The position numbers and the translations under genes are program-made. From positions 320,001 to 384,000 of the forward strand of contig JBGANV010000004.1 of NCBI GenBank assembly GCA_044222185.1: DNA of 64,000 nucleotides, written 5' to 3'. The DNA is from Planctomycetota bacterium (GTDB lineage Bacteria; Planctomycetota; GCA-002687715; CAIWVZ01). Each line of letters opens with the position of its first letter. Position 1 is the stretch's first letter. This document shows, piece by piece, positions 19,888 to 32,364 of this stretch. Below the pieces are notes generated by a model. That model saw nothing but the letters and a program-made list of their open reading frames with translations. It made no database searches and was not told the origin of the DNA.

Positions 19888-20136
19888 ATGGTGAACGTCC
19901 AGTCGCCGGCGTTTGCGCGCGTCGGAACGAAAGTCGAGCTCGTGATTCTCGATCATGAAAAGCTCGCAGAGGTGCGGGCGCGTCACTCTGGTGGCGATCT
20001 CTCCTTCCGGTTGGTGCGCGGGAAGGATGGCCTGGCTCGCATCCGATTCGTGATGCCCGAAGCCGACGAAGTGATGTTCCGGGTGCGCGGCCAGACGGAC
20101 GGGCCGAGGCTCGTACTGGTTCGAGCCCAGCACTGA
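19888..20136 (+). CDS. Small hypothetical protein (82 aa)
   Basis: GGAGGT RBS before ATG 19888; an A-tract and TAGACT -10-like hexamer upstream (19788-19829). Confidence 0.55.
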   Translation: MVNVQSPAFARVGTKVELVILDHEKLAEVRARHSGGDLSFRLVRGKDGLARIRFVMPEADEVMFRVRGQTDGPRLVLVRAQH

Positions 20137-20279
20137 TCGCGCGGTTCGAGCCGCCTTTTCGCGGCTCCCGGCGATGATCTCCCGCCGCCGTACCCCCGCG
20201 GGGCGCCGGCGCCTGCGATTCGAATCCACGTCACCGGCCTTGCCCTGATTGCGCACACGGCGGAACCTTCCGCCACCCC

Positions 20280-20786
20280 ATGGCCGAACGGACTCTCGAG
20301 CAGCGCTACCGCCTACTTCTGGCCGCATTCCGGCAGGACGCCGCGTCCTCCGCCCTCCGCGAGCACCTCCGCTCGGACTTCGACCCGGCGGCCGAACTCG
20401 TGGCCCACGTCTTGTCCCAGGACCTGGCGATCGCGCCACAGGAAATCGATACCGAGCAGCTGTCGACGCTCATGCGATCACTGCTCCCAGGCCGTATCGC
20501 AGGGGACGAACGATATCGGAGCGACCTTCCCGACGTCCTCGATGGGTTCCTGCAATTCATCGCGAGGGAGGAGACGCTGCCCTCCGCGTGGAACTGGTCG
20601 ACGGCGATCGATGGGCTCAGGCGCGACTACGAAGCCGCGCTCCGCAATCCCAACCGGCCCACGTCGGCCGCGGCCGTCAAGCACACGCCCGACCGGCGGC
20701 CCGCGCCCAAGATCGGCCGCAACGACCCGTGCTTCTGTGGGAGCGGGAAAAAGTACAAGCAGTGCTGTATGAAGCTGCTCCCGTGA
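20280..20786 (+). CDS. SEC-C metal-binding domain protein
   Basis: C-terminal [20 protein letters not shown]. Confidence 0.88.
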   Translation: MAERTLEQRYRLLLAAFRQDAASSALREHLRSDFDPAAELVAHVLSQDLAIAPQEIDTEQLSTLMRSLLPGRIAGDERYRSDLPDVLDGFLQFIAREETLPSAWNWSTAIDGLRRDYEAALRNPNRPTSAAAVKHTPDRRPAPKIGRNDPCFCGSGKKYKQCCMKLLP

Positions 20787-21577
20787 GCCTCCAAACCGAC
20801 TCCGCCACGACCACGCCGGCCGCTTCGGGCCGCCCGCGGTCCTACCCGCACGCCATGAGGCTCAAGCCCTGGGTGTGGCACACGACCTTCGTGATCGCCC
20901 AGCTCATCCTGCGCGTCACGCACCGGATCGTGGTCAGAGGCCACGACGTTCCGCCTGGCGCCCCCGTCATCATTGCGGCCAAGCACGCGTCGGGGTGGGA
21001 CGTTCCGCTCCTCTCCTGGATCGCCAAGCGGTATCTGGGCATCAAGCCCTACTTCCAGATGGGCTCGTTCATCGGCTACCCGGTCCTCTCCCGGATCATG
21101 GGCGGCATGCGAGCGTGCGGCGGGTTTCCCGTGATGCGGCCCAAGGAGGTGCTGCGGCTTCGCAAACGCACCGACGTCGACCGCGCCAGGATCCACGAGA
21201 TGATGGACGAGGTGAACGGAATCGCGGAGGCGACGCGCCGTGCCGTCCTCGAGACCGGCCAGGTGCTCGTGTTCTTTCCGGAGGGCACCCGCGACAACGA
21301 CTCGGTCCGGCCCGTTCGAGGTCTCCACGAGATCCACAGCGCGCTGTCGGTGGCGCGATCGGGAAGGGCGGTGTGGGCCTGGCCAGTGGTGCTGTCCTAC
21401 GGCCCGAAGAAGGTGTTCCGCCGGCTCCTGCTCGTGGACCTGCTTCCCGCCATTCCCGTCGGCGCCGGGTCGGCGGAAGAGCTGGCGGCGGAGATCGAGG
21501 CGGGATTCCGATCCCGCTGGGTCCCTTCGTCCGACGTTCCCGCCGCCGTCGCCGCACCCTCGGACGGACGAGGCTGA
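20783..21577 (+). CDS. Lysophospholipid acyltransferase (PlsC family)
   Basis: AKHASGWD (HX4D) and FFPEGTR motifs; start may be at 20855. Confidence 0.85.
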   Translation: MSLQTDSATTTPAASGRPRSYPHAMRLKPWVWHTTFVIAQLILRVTHRIVVRGHDVPPGAPVIIAAKHASGWDVPLLSWIAKRYLGIKPYFQMGSFIGYPVLSRIMGGMRACGGFPVMRPKEVLRLRKRTDVDRARIHEMMDEVNGIAEATRRAVLETGQVLVFFPEGTRDNDSVRPVRGLHEIHSALSVARSGRAVWAWPVVLSYGPKKVFRRLLLVDLLPAIPVGAGSAEELAAEIEAGFRSRWVPSSDVPAAVAAPSDGRG

Positions 21578-21652
21578 CCTGCGGAGGACCTGCCGAGTGC
21601 GACCTTCGCGCTGCCTTGCCCGGTCCCGCCAGGCGTGCGAACCTCCTCCACC

Positions 21653-22219
21653 ATGCCGTTGATACGCCCAGGCAGCCTGATCGTCGCCCGGCCTTCGATG
21701 GAAGACGAGAACTTCCGGCGGACCGTCATCCTCCTGTTCCAGCACGACGACTCAGGTTCCATGGGGATCGTCGTGAACCGTCCGACGACCTACCGCGTGG
21801 CGGACCTCGTCCAGAAGATCGACGGGCTGGAGGGCCGGCAGGACCGTCTTTGGATCGGCGGCCCCGTCCAGCCGAGCGCCGTGTGGGTGCTTCACTGCCG
21901 GGAGGACGTCTCCGAGCCGGGCGCGCGCGTCGCGGCCGGGCTTTTCATCGGCGGAAGCCCCGTGCTCCTGCGGGATTTGATGCGGCTCACACCGGCCAAC
22001 CCGGCACCGGGCGTGTTTCGCGTCGTTCGCGGGTACGCCGGGTGGGCACCCGGACAGTTGGCCGCCGAGGTCAAGGCCGGGTCGTGGCGCGTCACGGACA
22101 TCGACCGGGACGTCATCTTCGGCGCCGAAGCGGACCTCCTGTGGGAGGACGTCCTCGTTCGGGCCCAGCTCCCGTTCCGCGTGCCGCCGGACGCGATCCG
22201 GAACGCCCGCCTCAATTGA
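21653..22219 (+). CDS. YqgE/AlgH family protein
   Basis: DENFRRTVIL, GSMGIVVNRP, GGPV, GYAGWAPGQL..E...GSW. Confidence 0.93.
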   Translation: MPLIRPGSLIVARPSMEDENFRRTVILLFQHDDSGSMGIVVNRPTTYRVADLVQKIDGLEGRQDRLWIGGPVQPSAVWVLHCREDVSEPGARVAAGLFIGGSPVLLRDLMRLTPANPAPGVFRVVRGYAGWAPGQLAAEVKAGSWRVTDIDRDVIFGAEADLLWEDVLVRAQLPFRVPPDAIRNARLN

Positions 22220-22734
22220 GCGCGTTCGAGCTCCACCTCGTCCCAGGGTACTTCACCGAGGCGCCGGCGCGGCTTCTCGAGCGGCTGGGGCTGGCTCCGG
22301 CGGACGGTGCGCCCCGCGACGCCATGCACGTCGAGCCCATGGAGCTCCTGGACGGACTCGGGCGGAGGATGAGGGGCATCCTGACGGTTCGCCGGGTCCG
22401 CCTCGATCGAGAGCTCGTCGGGTTGACGATCCCAAAGCTGAACGTCGCGAACCCGGCGGATCTGGAGTTGGCGCTGCTCGGGCTGTCGTGCTCGGCTCTC
22501 GCGACGGAGTCCCAGGGCGCCACGCTCATCGGCATGGATCTGGGAATGCCCGGCGGGGCGTCGATCGAGGGGACCGTGGCCGAACAGGTCGACGCGGCGA
22601 TCGCGCGGCTCGGGGAGAGGATCCTCGTCGTCGTCGCCACGGCCGACACGGCTCGGTCTCTCGGCGAACCCCCGGGTTTTCTGCGATCGGAGCTCGCCAA
22701 TCTCGTCGAGTTCCGCCGGACGTCGGCGCAGTAG
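22216..22734 (+). CDS. Hypothetical protein
   Basis: TTG start overlapping the yqgE stop; fills the gap before glnS. Confidence 0.5.
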   Translation: MSAFELHLVPGYFTEAPARLLERLGLAPADGAPRDAMHVEPMELLDGLGRRMRGILTVRRVRLDRELVGLTIPKLNVANPADLELALLGLSCSALATESQGATLIGMDLGMPGGASIEGTVAEQVDAAIARLGERILVVVATADTARSLGEPPGFLRSELANLVEFRRTSAQ

Positions 22735-22820
22735 GCGGAGCGGTCGGCGGCGCCTCGGTCTGCGCGCGGCAGTGAGCCATGGTTTTCAGAAGCTCGCGCG
22801 GCTCGATAGCATCCCCGATC

Positions 22821-24512
<1,692 letters not shown>

Positions 24513-24539
24513 GTCCGGCGCGCGGTTCTCCGGCGGCCG

Positions 24540-24567
24540 TTGACAGCGGCGAGCGCGGGCCTAAGCT
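24540..24567 (+). promoter_or_regulatory. Putative sigma70 promoter of the RHS gene
   Basis: TTGACA-N16-TAAGCT. Confidence 0.5.
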
Positions 24568-24704
24568 CGCGCTCATCGAAGTTGGAGCCTCACTGCCGCT
24601 GCGCGCTCGTCGGCCGCGTCCCTTGCAGCCACGGCGCACGCGACCGCGCGTGACGTGCCGGAGTTTTGGCGCTGGGCCGCGGCAGCACTCCGGAGATCTG
24701 CGTC

Positions 24705-27700
24705 ATGACGCGGACTTCCTCGCCGTGGTGCTCGTGGACGCTGGCCGTTGTCGTGATCGCCTCGCTGGCCCCGGCGCAACTCCGCGTCGGCGTGATGCCG
24801 GGTTACCCGAACGCGCCCAAGGTGACTCCGGAGGAGCGGCGGCCCGTGCGACCCGGCGTCCCGACGTTCGTGTGGGGAAACGCCAACGGCGGCAACGGAA
24901 CGGCGAACGGCGCGAGCTACACCTGGTCGTTCTCGCCGAACCAGAACCTCAGCATCGTCCGCGTCGCCGGCGGATCTCCGAACGGCCCGTTCACGGGCAC
25001 CGTCACCAACGATCGGTTCATCGCCGAGGAGATCGTCTTCAACCTCCTGAACCAGAGCACGCGCGAGACGGTGACGGCGACGCTCACGGTCGACGCGGGC
25101 GCGGGCGGCATCGCGGCGCGATCCGTGCAGCTCGCCGTGATCGCCACGAACGACCCGGCTGCCTCGCAACCGCTCCAGCGTCTGGCGATCGACGCGAACA
25201 TCGCCATCGAGGACGGGCTCCGCTACCTCTACCGGAATCAGAATGCAGACGGGTCGTGGACCGGGAACAGCGTCGCCGGCAACATCCCGTGCGCTGCAAC
25301 GGGATTCGTCGTGTGGGCGTTCGAGAACCAGCGCCACCTGCCCACGAACGACGTCAACGAGGACATCTACGCCGAGTGGGTTCAGAAGGGGCTCGACTTC
25401 CTCTTCCGCAGCCTTCAGGTGTTGAGCGGGCCCAACGACACGCTCGCACCCCGTGCCAACCTGGGCCGCGGTGCCACGCAGAACGGCCGCTCGGACCTCA
25501 ACTCGAACGGCAAGGTGATCACCCTCTGCCCGGGCACGACGTCGGGTTACGCGTCGTCCATCGCGTGCGCCGCGATCATCGCGAGTGCAGCGCCGAACCG
25601 CGTCGTCGGCGTTTCGCCCTCGGGAACTCCGGGCGCGATCGGCATGACCTACAAGCAGGTCGTCGAGGACGTGATCGACTGGTTCGGTCACACGCAAAAC
25701 GAGGGCGGCAACGGCGTGTGGAACGGGCGCGGCGGCTGGAACTACGACCCGACCTCCACGCAGACGCGCAGCGACATGTCGATCAACAGTTGGATGTTCG
25801 TGGCGCTCGAGGGCGCTGACGACGTCTTCAACATCGACATCCCGGACTGGATCGCGCAGGAGGCGGAGTACGCCCTCGTCAACCACCAGTCGAACGTCAC
25901 GGGCGTGAGCCCGTTCGGGTACACGAATGCGGGTTCGTGCCTGGGCCCGTTCCAGCAGATGATGGCGACGAGCGGTGGGGGACTCTCGGGACTCGTCGTC
26001 GTCGAACGCGAAGGACCCCACGTGACGCCGGCGCAGATCATCAACGCACAGTCCGGGCCGCTGAACTCGATCACCGCGAAGCGGAACTCCGCGCTGGCCT
26101 ACATCGGACAGTACTGGCACGAGGTCTCCAACGGCCCGTACTGCAACGGCCACTTCAACAACTACTACGGCATGTGGACGCTGGCGCGGGCGCTGCGTCT
26201 CACGGCGAAGGCCATGGGGCTGCCGCAGGGTCAGAACCTGTCGATCGTCAACAACGGAGTCTCGTTCGACTGGGAGACGGGGGAGGATCTGCTCACCGGG
26301 ACCGTCGCGGGGCTGGGCAACGGGGCCGGCGTGACGCCCGTGGTCAGGGAGGGATACGCGAACTGGCTCGTCCGCAATCGATCCACGTCGGGCGATTCGA
26401 CGGTGCGCGGCCGGTGGAACTCGGGCATCAACTTTCTCGGCCCGATCATGGAATCGGCGTGCGCGGTCCTCGTGCTGACGCCGCGCGTGTTCCCGTCGCC
26501 ATGCCCCGCGGTCGTGAACATCCCCATCGTCGAGCTGTCGCCGCCCGTCAACACGGGAGTGCCGCCGGGCACGCAGGCCGTGCTGTCCGGTCGCGCCGTC
26601 TCGGCGACGCCCGAACGTCCGATCCTCGCCGTGCTCGTGAACGACGTGCCGGCCGACAGCCTGGATGCGTCCGGTCGGTTCTTCAAGACGGTGACGATCA
26701 ACGGCGGCATCAACACGTTCACCGTGCGCGCGGTGGATGCCTGCGGCGCGTCCGAGGTGCTCCACACGATCGTGGGTGGGACGAGTGTCAACCAGTTCCA
26801 GAACCTGTCGAACGTCACCACGGACATCGCGATCCAGTACACGAACACCACGTTCAACACGCTCACGAACGAACTCGTGTTCACGGGCATGGCGTGCAAC
26901 TCGGGGACGCAGATCCTCGACGGGCCGGTCGTCCTCGTCATCGACAACATCACGCAGCCGTCGATCCAGATCGTGAACCCGGACGGCACGACGCCCAGCG
27001 GGAAGCCCTACTTCGTGTTCCTCGACAACCCGGCGCAACCGCACCTGGGACCGGGGCAATGTTCGCCGCCGAAGACGATGCGGTTTCACAACCCGAGCCA
27101 GCTGCCGCTCGTCTTCTCCCGCACGTGGCTCGCGGTGACGAATCGCCCGCCCGTGTTCGTGAGCTCGCCCGTCGTGACGGCGGGCGCGTCGCAGGCGTAC
27201 GTCTACCAGCCGCAGGTCGTCGATCCCGACGGCGACACGCTGACGTTCAGCCTGGACCAGGCACCGGCCGGCATGACGATTCAGCCCGCGCTCGGGCTCG
27301 TGACGTGGACGACGCCGCCCGTCGCGTCCGCCGCCACGTTCAGCGTCGTCGTGCGCGCGAGCGACGGCCGCGGCGGATCCGCCACGCAGTCGTACTTCCT
27401 CGACGTGCTCTCGCAGCTTCCGAATCACCCGCCGGTCTTCACTTCGGTTCCGCCGTCCCAATCCGCCATCGGCGCCAGCTATCACTACCAGGTGACGGCG
27501 TTCGATCCGGATGCGGACCCGATCACGTTCAGCAAGATCGCGGGGCCGTCGAGCCTCACCGTCAGCGCCTCGGGTGCCGTCGACTGGCCGTTCGTGGTGC
27601 CGGGCACGGTCACGCTGACCGTGCGCGCCTCCGACCCGTCGGGCGCCTACTCGGAGCAGACCTGGGCCTTGTCCGCTGGCTCGCTCACGTCGAGCGCGGG

Positions 27701-30700
27701 CGCGCCCCTCATCTTCGGGACGCCGCCCACGATCGGAGTGGCGGGAAGCCCCTATCTGTATCAGGCCGTCGGCTCGACACCGGCGCCAGGGCAGACGCAC
27801 ACGTGGAGCCTCGGACCCGCGCCCACGGGCATGCAGGTCGACCCCGCGTCCGGGCTCGTCACGTGGACTCCGGGCTCGGCGCAAGTCGGCGTGCACAACG
27901 TGCTCCTGACTCTGTCGAACGGTGCCGGCGGTTCGGCAGCGCAGGCGTGGAGCGTGCAGGTCTACCTGCAAGCGCCCAACCGACCGCCCGTGATCACGTC
28001 CACTCCGCCGCTGATCGCGGAAGTGAACGTGCCGTACTCGTACGCCGTCGTGGCGCAGGATCCCGATCAAGATGCCATCGTGTTCGGGCTCGTGAATCCG
28101 CCAGCGGGGATGACGATCAACTCGGCGACGGGCGCCCTCGCGTGGACACCGTCGTCCGCGGGCGGGCAGACGGTCGCCATCAGCGCCACGGATCCGCACG
28201 GCGCTTTTGGCAGCCAGGTCTACTTCCTCAACGTCCTGCCGCCGAACCACGCGCCCGTGATCGTCTCCACCGCAGCGACGACGGCGACCATCGGGTCCAC
28301 GTACTACTACGACGTGAATGCGACGGACGCGGATGCGGACCCGATCACGTACTCACTGGTGACGGCACCGACCGGGATGTCGATCGGAGCGGCGACGGGC
28401 GTGATCGCGTGGAACCCGACGCTCGCGCAGGTCGGCCCGAACCCCGTCGTCGTGCGGGCCTCGGACGGCCGCGGCGGTCAGCCGACGCAGTCGTTCACCG
28501 TGACGGTGACGCCGGACAACCAGGCTCCGCTCGTCAGCATCCTCGTGCAGCCGTCGACGGTGCCCGCGCCCATCATCAACGCGCCGATCACGATCTGCGT
28601 CCAGGCCGGTGACAACGTGGGCGTCGTGAGCCGCACGCTCTCGATCGCGGGCGTTCCCGCGACGTTGGATGGGTTCTGGTGCACGACCATCACGCCGGCT
28701 CAGCCCGGTCCGATCGTCCTGGCGGCGACCGCGGCGGACGCGGCAGGCAACGTCGGTACGACGTCGACGACGATCAACGTGGTCGACCCGAACCCGGCCA
28801 ACGCGCCAACGGTGTCGCTCGTCAGCCCCGCGCCGGGGACCGTGATCACGGGCCCCACGCCGATCGTGGCGAACGTCGTGTCGGCGCAGCCCCTCGGCCT
28901 CACCTGGCAGGTGCGATTGACGAACGCTCGCACAGGCGTCGTGAAGGTCGTCGCCCAAGGCAACGGCACCGTCAACCAGGGCACGCTTGGCGTGATCGAT
29001 CCGACGTTGCTGCCGAACGACGGCTACACGGCGGAGATCACGGCGACGAACGGGGCGTTCACGTTCACGCTGCCGTTCGAGATGGGCGTCGCGGGCACGT
29101 TCAAGCTTGGCAACTTCCGTTACGAGACGGTCGACGTGGCAATCCCCGTCGCGGGAATCCCGCTCGCGGTCACCCGCCGATACGACAGCCTCGACACGTC
29201 GCCGGGTGATTTCGGTGCGGGTTGGTCGCTCGGGCTCAACGTGCGCGTGAGCGACGTCCCGAAGGAGTCGCCGCGCGAGGGCTTCCACGTGGGTACGCGG
29301 GTCTACGTGACGCGGTCCGACGGTCGCCGCGTGGGATTCTCCTGCACGGCGACGCCGACGTCGTGGCTCTTCCCGTTCATCGTGCAGATCGGCTTCACGC
29401 CCGACGCTGGCGTGACGGACACGCTCGAACTCGCCCAGCCCGAGTTCGTGATCGTCTCCCAGGGCGTGCTCTTGAGCGGGTTCGCCGACGTGTTCAATCC
29501 GGATGAATACAAGTTCACGACGCAGCAGGGGGTCGTCTACACGCTCAGTGAGGCGACCGGACTCGAGAACGTCGTCGACGCCAACGGCAACTCGCTCGCG
29601 GTCACGCCCCAGGGCATCTTCAGCTCGACGGGTGTGGCGCTGCTCTACCAGCGCGATTCTGCTGGCCGCATCACGAGCATCACGGAGCCGCAAGTGCCGG
29701 GCTCCTCCGGCCCGCCGAGCCAGCTCACCTACGTGTACGACGCCATCGGGAACCTCACCGAGTTCCACGACGAGCTGGGACGCACGGTGAAGTACTTCTA
29801 CCAGCAGCCCGGTGCGCCGCATTACATGACGCGCGCCGAGGATCCCACGGGCAATCCCTTCGTCCGCAACGTCTACGACGGCAACGGCCGCTTGATTGCG
29901 CAGTGCTCTGGCGATGGCGATCCGGCGCAGGTTCCTGCGAATCCCTGCGGTGCGACGCCCACTCCCGGTTGCACGCTCTACTGCTTCGACCCCATGTCGA
30001 CGACGCAGACCATCTACACGGCTCGCGGGCACCGCGTCGATCTCGTGATCGATCTGCGCGGGAACGTGCTGCTGGAACGCCACTATCTCGCGAACGGCAC
30101 GCCCGTCGACACGACGTTCACGTACTGGCCCGGCACCGATCTCGTCCACACGACCACGGACGCCGAAGGCAACGTGACGACGCAGACGTACGACGCGGCG
30201 GGCCGCATCGTCTCCGAGACGGGGGAGACGGGCACGTACACGTTCACCTACAACGGCTGCGGCGAGCTCGCGACGGAGACGGATCCACTCGGCAACACCT
30301 ACCAGTACGTCTACGACTCCGCGTGCCAGTTGCGGACGATCATCGATCCGCTCGGCGGCCACACCCAGGTCGACTATCAATCGACGTGCGGCGTCGGCGG
30401 CTGCCACGTCAGCGGGTACACGGACCCCGTGGGAAACCACTGGTCGGTCACCTACGACGCCTTCGGCAACCCGCAGACGACGACCGACCCACGCGGTTTC
30501 CAGATCCACTCCCAGTACGACGCGGTGGGGCAGCTGGTGCGCGAGACCGATCGAACGGGCCGCCAGGCGGACTACGCCTACGACGCGTCGGGTCGCATCA
30601 CGACCGTCACCTACAACACGACGCCGCCGGAGATCGTGCGCTACACCTACGACAGCGGCGGCCGGCTCGTGCGCGTCGTCGACAACCGAACGAGCGTGTT

Positions 30701-32354
30701 CGTGGACTACTGGCCCACGGGTCTCGTGCGCACGGTGAAGACGAGCGGGCCCGGCGGGTGGGAATCGGCCATCGCGTATGCGCGCATCTCGAACGGCCAG
30801 GTCGTCCCCGGATACGACGCCAACGGGAACGTGACGCACATCACGGATTCCACCGGCGCCGTGACGGAGTACGTCTACGACGAGCTCGATCGGATCGTCG
30901 GCGCCCGACACTACGGGTTGCCTGGGGCCCAGGTCGCGCCCAAGTCGCTCGACGTGACTCTCGATCGGGTCGGCAACCTGATCGACGTCGTCCGGTCGAG
31001 CGCCGGGGCTGCGGACGTACCGTTGCTCGCGACTCACTTCGATTACGCCTGCGTCGGTTGCGGATCCAAACTCACCGGGATCCACCATCGCCTCGCCGAT
31101 GCCAGCGTCGTCGAAGATCTGACGTTCACGCGCGACGTGCTCGGACGCCCCGTCACGCGGACCGATCGCGACGGGTCACACGCGTACGCGTACGACGGGC
31201 TCGGGCGGCTCCTCGGCGCCACGCACACCGGCTCCACGCTGCCGCTGGAAACCTACAGCTACGACGCGACCGGCAACCGCGCGTCGAGTCACCTCAGTCC
31301 GCAGTACACCTACGGGTATCAGGCCGCGAGCGGCGGCAATCAACTGCTGCAGGACGGCACCTACGCGTACACGTACGACCCGAACGGCAGCCTGATCGAA
31401 CGTCTCGATCAGGCGACGCAGGCGCGGATCAACTACACCTACGACCACCGCTCGCGGCTCGTGGGGATCACGCACCGCAACTCCGTCGGTACGGTCGTCA
31501 GCCAGTCGCAGTTCACCTACGACCCCTTCGATCGGATCATCCAGGTCCAGGACGCGGCCGGCACGCGGCGGATCATCTGGAGCGAGGGAAATCCGCTCGC
31601 GGTCGTGGATGCGCAGGGCACCGTCCTGCGGCGCTCGTTCTACGGACCCGAGACCGACGACCTTCTCGCCGAGGAAGTGGCGGGCCAGACGCAGTGGGTC
31701 ACGCACGACGACGTGGGCACGGTGCGGACGCGCGTGGTCGATCCCGGGACGATCACGACGCAGTACGCCTACGATTCGTTCGGGCGCCTGATCTCGCAGA
31801 CGCCCGCGAACGCGTCGTCGACGGCGCTGTTCGGCGGGCGCGACGCCGTGGATGGCTCGGGGCTTCTCGCGTTCCGCGCGCGGTTCTACGACCCGCTGAC
31901 GGGACGCTTCACGCAGGAAGATCCCGTTTCGCCGTACCAGTACGAGTGGCCCGAGAACGATCCGCTGTTCATGACGGATCCGTCCGGCAAGAACGCGATC
32001 ATCGAGTACCAGGTCCTGCTCGGCCGCGGCCTCAACTACGTGTACGTGGGATGTGACATCGCCCAGACGCTCGTCTACGTGGGGATCACGCTCAACTTCG
32101 CCGCGCGCGCTGGTCAGCACGCGGCTGCGGGCCGGAGCTTCAAGATCTGCAAGGTGATCGACAAGGGCGTCTCGAGGAAGGAGGCGCGCCTCCTCGAGCA
32201 GTGCCTCATCGACAAGTTCGGTGGACCGAAGGGACCGCACCTCCAGAACAAGATCAACAGCATCGGGAGATCCTCGCCTCTGAGGAATCTCCTGAAGAAG
32301 GTCTGCGGGCCGTTCGCACCGTTGTTGGACTGCGCCAAGCTCGTCTGCAAGTGA
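24705..32354 (+). CDS. Giant Sec-exported RHS/YD-repeat polymorphic toxin: prenyltransferase-like alpha-toroid, putative Ig (He_PIG) repeats, DUF6531, YD repeats, RHS core, C-terminal GIY-YIG/URI nuclease
   Basis: Signal peptide; GLRYLYRNQNADGSW and GGWNY; repeats NRPPVF/NHPPVF/NHAPVI; RRYDS...DFGAGWSL; many YDxxGR; RFYDPLTGRFTQEDP...PLFMTDPSG; tip YVGIT...R..QH...AR.LEQ.LI...NKINSI. Confidence 0.9.
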   Translation: MTRTSSPWCSWTLAVVVIASLAPAQLRVGVMPGYPNAPKVTPEERRPVRPGVPTFVWGNANGGNGTANGASYTWSFSPNQNLSIVRVAGGSPNGPFTGTVTNDRFIAEEIVFNLLNQSTRETVTATLTVDAGAGGIAARSVQLAVIATNDPAASQPLQRLAIDANIAIEDGLRYLYRNQNADGSWTGNSVAGNIPCAATGFVVWAFENQRHLPTNDVNEDIYAEWVQKGLDFLFRSLQVLSGPNDTLAPRANLGRGATQNGRSDLNSNGKVITLCPGTTSGYASSIACAAIIASAAPNRVVGVSPSGTPGAIGMTYKQVVEDVIDWFGHTQNEGGNGVWNGRGGWNYDPTSTQTRSDMSINSWMFVALEGADDVFNIDIPDWIAQEAEYALVNHQSNVTGVSPFGYTNAGSCLGPFQQMMATSGGGLSGLVVVEREGPHVTPAQIINAQSGPLNSITAKRNSALAYIGQYWHEVSNGPYCNGHFNNYYGMWTLARALRLTAKAMGLPQGQNLSIVNNGVSFDWETGEDLLTGTVAGLGNGAGVTPVVREGYANWLVRNRSTSGDSTVRGRWNSGINFLGPIMESACAVLVLTPRVFPSPCPAVVNIPIVELSPPVNTGVPPGTQAVLSGRAVSATPERPILAVLVNDVPADSLDASGRFFKTVTINGGINTFTVRAVDACGASEVLHTIVGGTSVNQFQNLSNVTTDIAIQYTNTTFNTLTNELVFTGMACNSGTQILDGPVVLVIDNITQPSIQIVNPDGTTPSGKPYFVFLDNPAQPHLGPGQCSPPKTMRFHNPSQLPLVFSRTWLAVTNRPPVFVSSPVVTAGASQAYVYQPQVVDPDGDTLTFSLDQAPAGMTIQPALGLVTWTTPPVASAATFSVVVRASDGRGGSATQSYFLDVLSQLPNHPPVFTSVPPSQSAIGASYHYQVTAFDPDADPITFSKIAGPSSLTVSASGAVDWPFVVPGTVTLTVRASDPSGAYSEQTWALSAGSLTSSAGAPLIFGTPPTIGVAGSPYLYQAVGSTPAPGQTHTWSLGPAPTGMQVDPASGLVTWTPGSAQVGVHNVLLTLSNGAGGSAAQAWSVQVYLQAPNRPPVITSTPPLIAEVNVPYSYAVVAQDPDQDAIVFGLVNPPAGMTINSATGALAWTPSSAGGQTVAISATDPHGAFGSQVYFLNVLPPNHAPVIVSTAATTATIGSTYYYDVNATDADADPITYSLVTAPTGMSIGAATGVIAWNPTLAQVGPNPVVVRASDGRGGQPTQSFTVTVTPDNQAPLVSILVQPSTVPAPIINAPITICVQAGDNVGVVSRTLSIAGVPATLDGFWCTTITPAQPGPIVLAATAADAAGNVGTTSTTINVVDPNPANAPTVSLVSPAPGTVITGPTPIVANVVSAQPLGLTWQVRLTNARTGVVKVVAQGNGTVNQGTLGVIDPTLLPNDGYTAEITATNGAFTFTLPFEMGVAGTFKLGNFRYETVDVAIPVAGIPLAVTRRYDSLDTSPGDFGAGWSLGLNVRVSDVPKESPREGFHVGTRVYVTRSDGRRVGFSCTATPTSWLFPFIVQIGFTPDAGVTDTLELAQPEFVIVSQGVLLSGFADVFNPDEYKFTTQQGVVYTLSEATGLENVVDANGNSLAVTPQGIFSSTGVALLYQRDSAGRITSITEPQVPGSSGPPSQLTYVYDAIGNLTEFHDELGRTVKYFYQQPGAPHYMTRAEDPTGNPFVRNVYDGNGRLIAQCSGDGDPAQVPANPCGATPTPGCTLYCFDPMSTTQTIYTARGHRVDLVIDLRGNVLLERHYLANGTPVDTTFTYWPGTDLVHTTTDAEGNVTTQTYDAAGRIVSETGETGTYTFTYNGCGELATETDPLGNTYQYVYDSACQLRTIIDPLGGHTQVDYQSTCGVGGCHVSGYTDPVGNHWSVTYDAFGNPQTTTDPRGFQIHSQYDAVGQLVRETDRTGRQADYAYDASGRITTVTYNTTPPEIVRYTYDSGGRLVRVVDNRTSVFVDYWPTGLVRTVKTSGPGGWESAIAYARISNGQVVPGYDANGNVTHITDSTGAVTEYVYDELDRIVGARHYGLPGAQVAPKSLDVTLDRVGNLIDVVRSSAGAADVPLLATHFDYACVGCGSKLTGIHHRLADASVVEDLTFTRDVLGRPVTRTDRDGSHAYAYDGLGRLLGATHTGSTLPLETYSYDATGNRASSHLSPQYTYGYQAASGGNQLLQDGTYAYTYDPNGSLIERLDQATQARINYTYDHRSRLVGITHRNSVGTVVSQSQFTYDPFDRIIQVQDAAGTRRIIWSEGNPLAVVDAQGTVLRRSFYGPETDDLLAEEVAGQTQWVTHDDVGTVRTRVVDPGTITTQYAYDSFGRLISQTPANASSTALFGGRDAVDGSGLLAFRARFYDPLTGRFTQEDPVSPYQYEWPENDPLFMTDPSGKNAIIEYQVLLGRGLNYVYVGCDIAQTLVYVGITLNFAARAGQHAAAGRSFKICKVIDKGVSRKEARLLEQCLIDKFGGPKGPHLQNKINSIGRSSPLRNLLKKVCGPFAPLLDCAKLVCK

Positions 32355-32364
32355 GGTTCGATCC

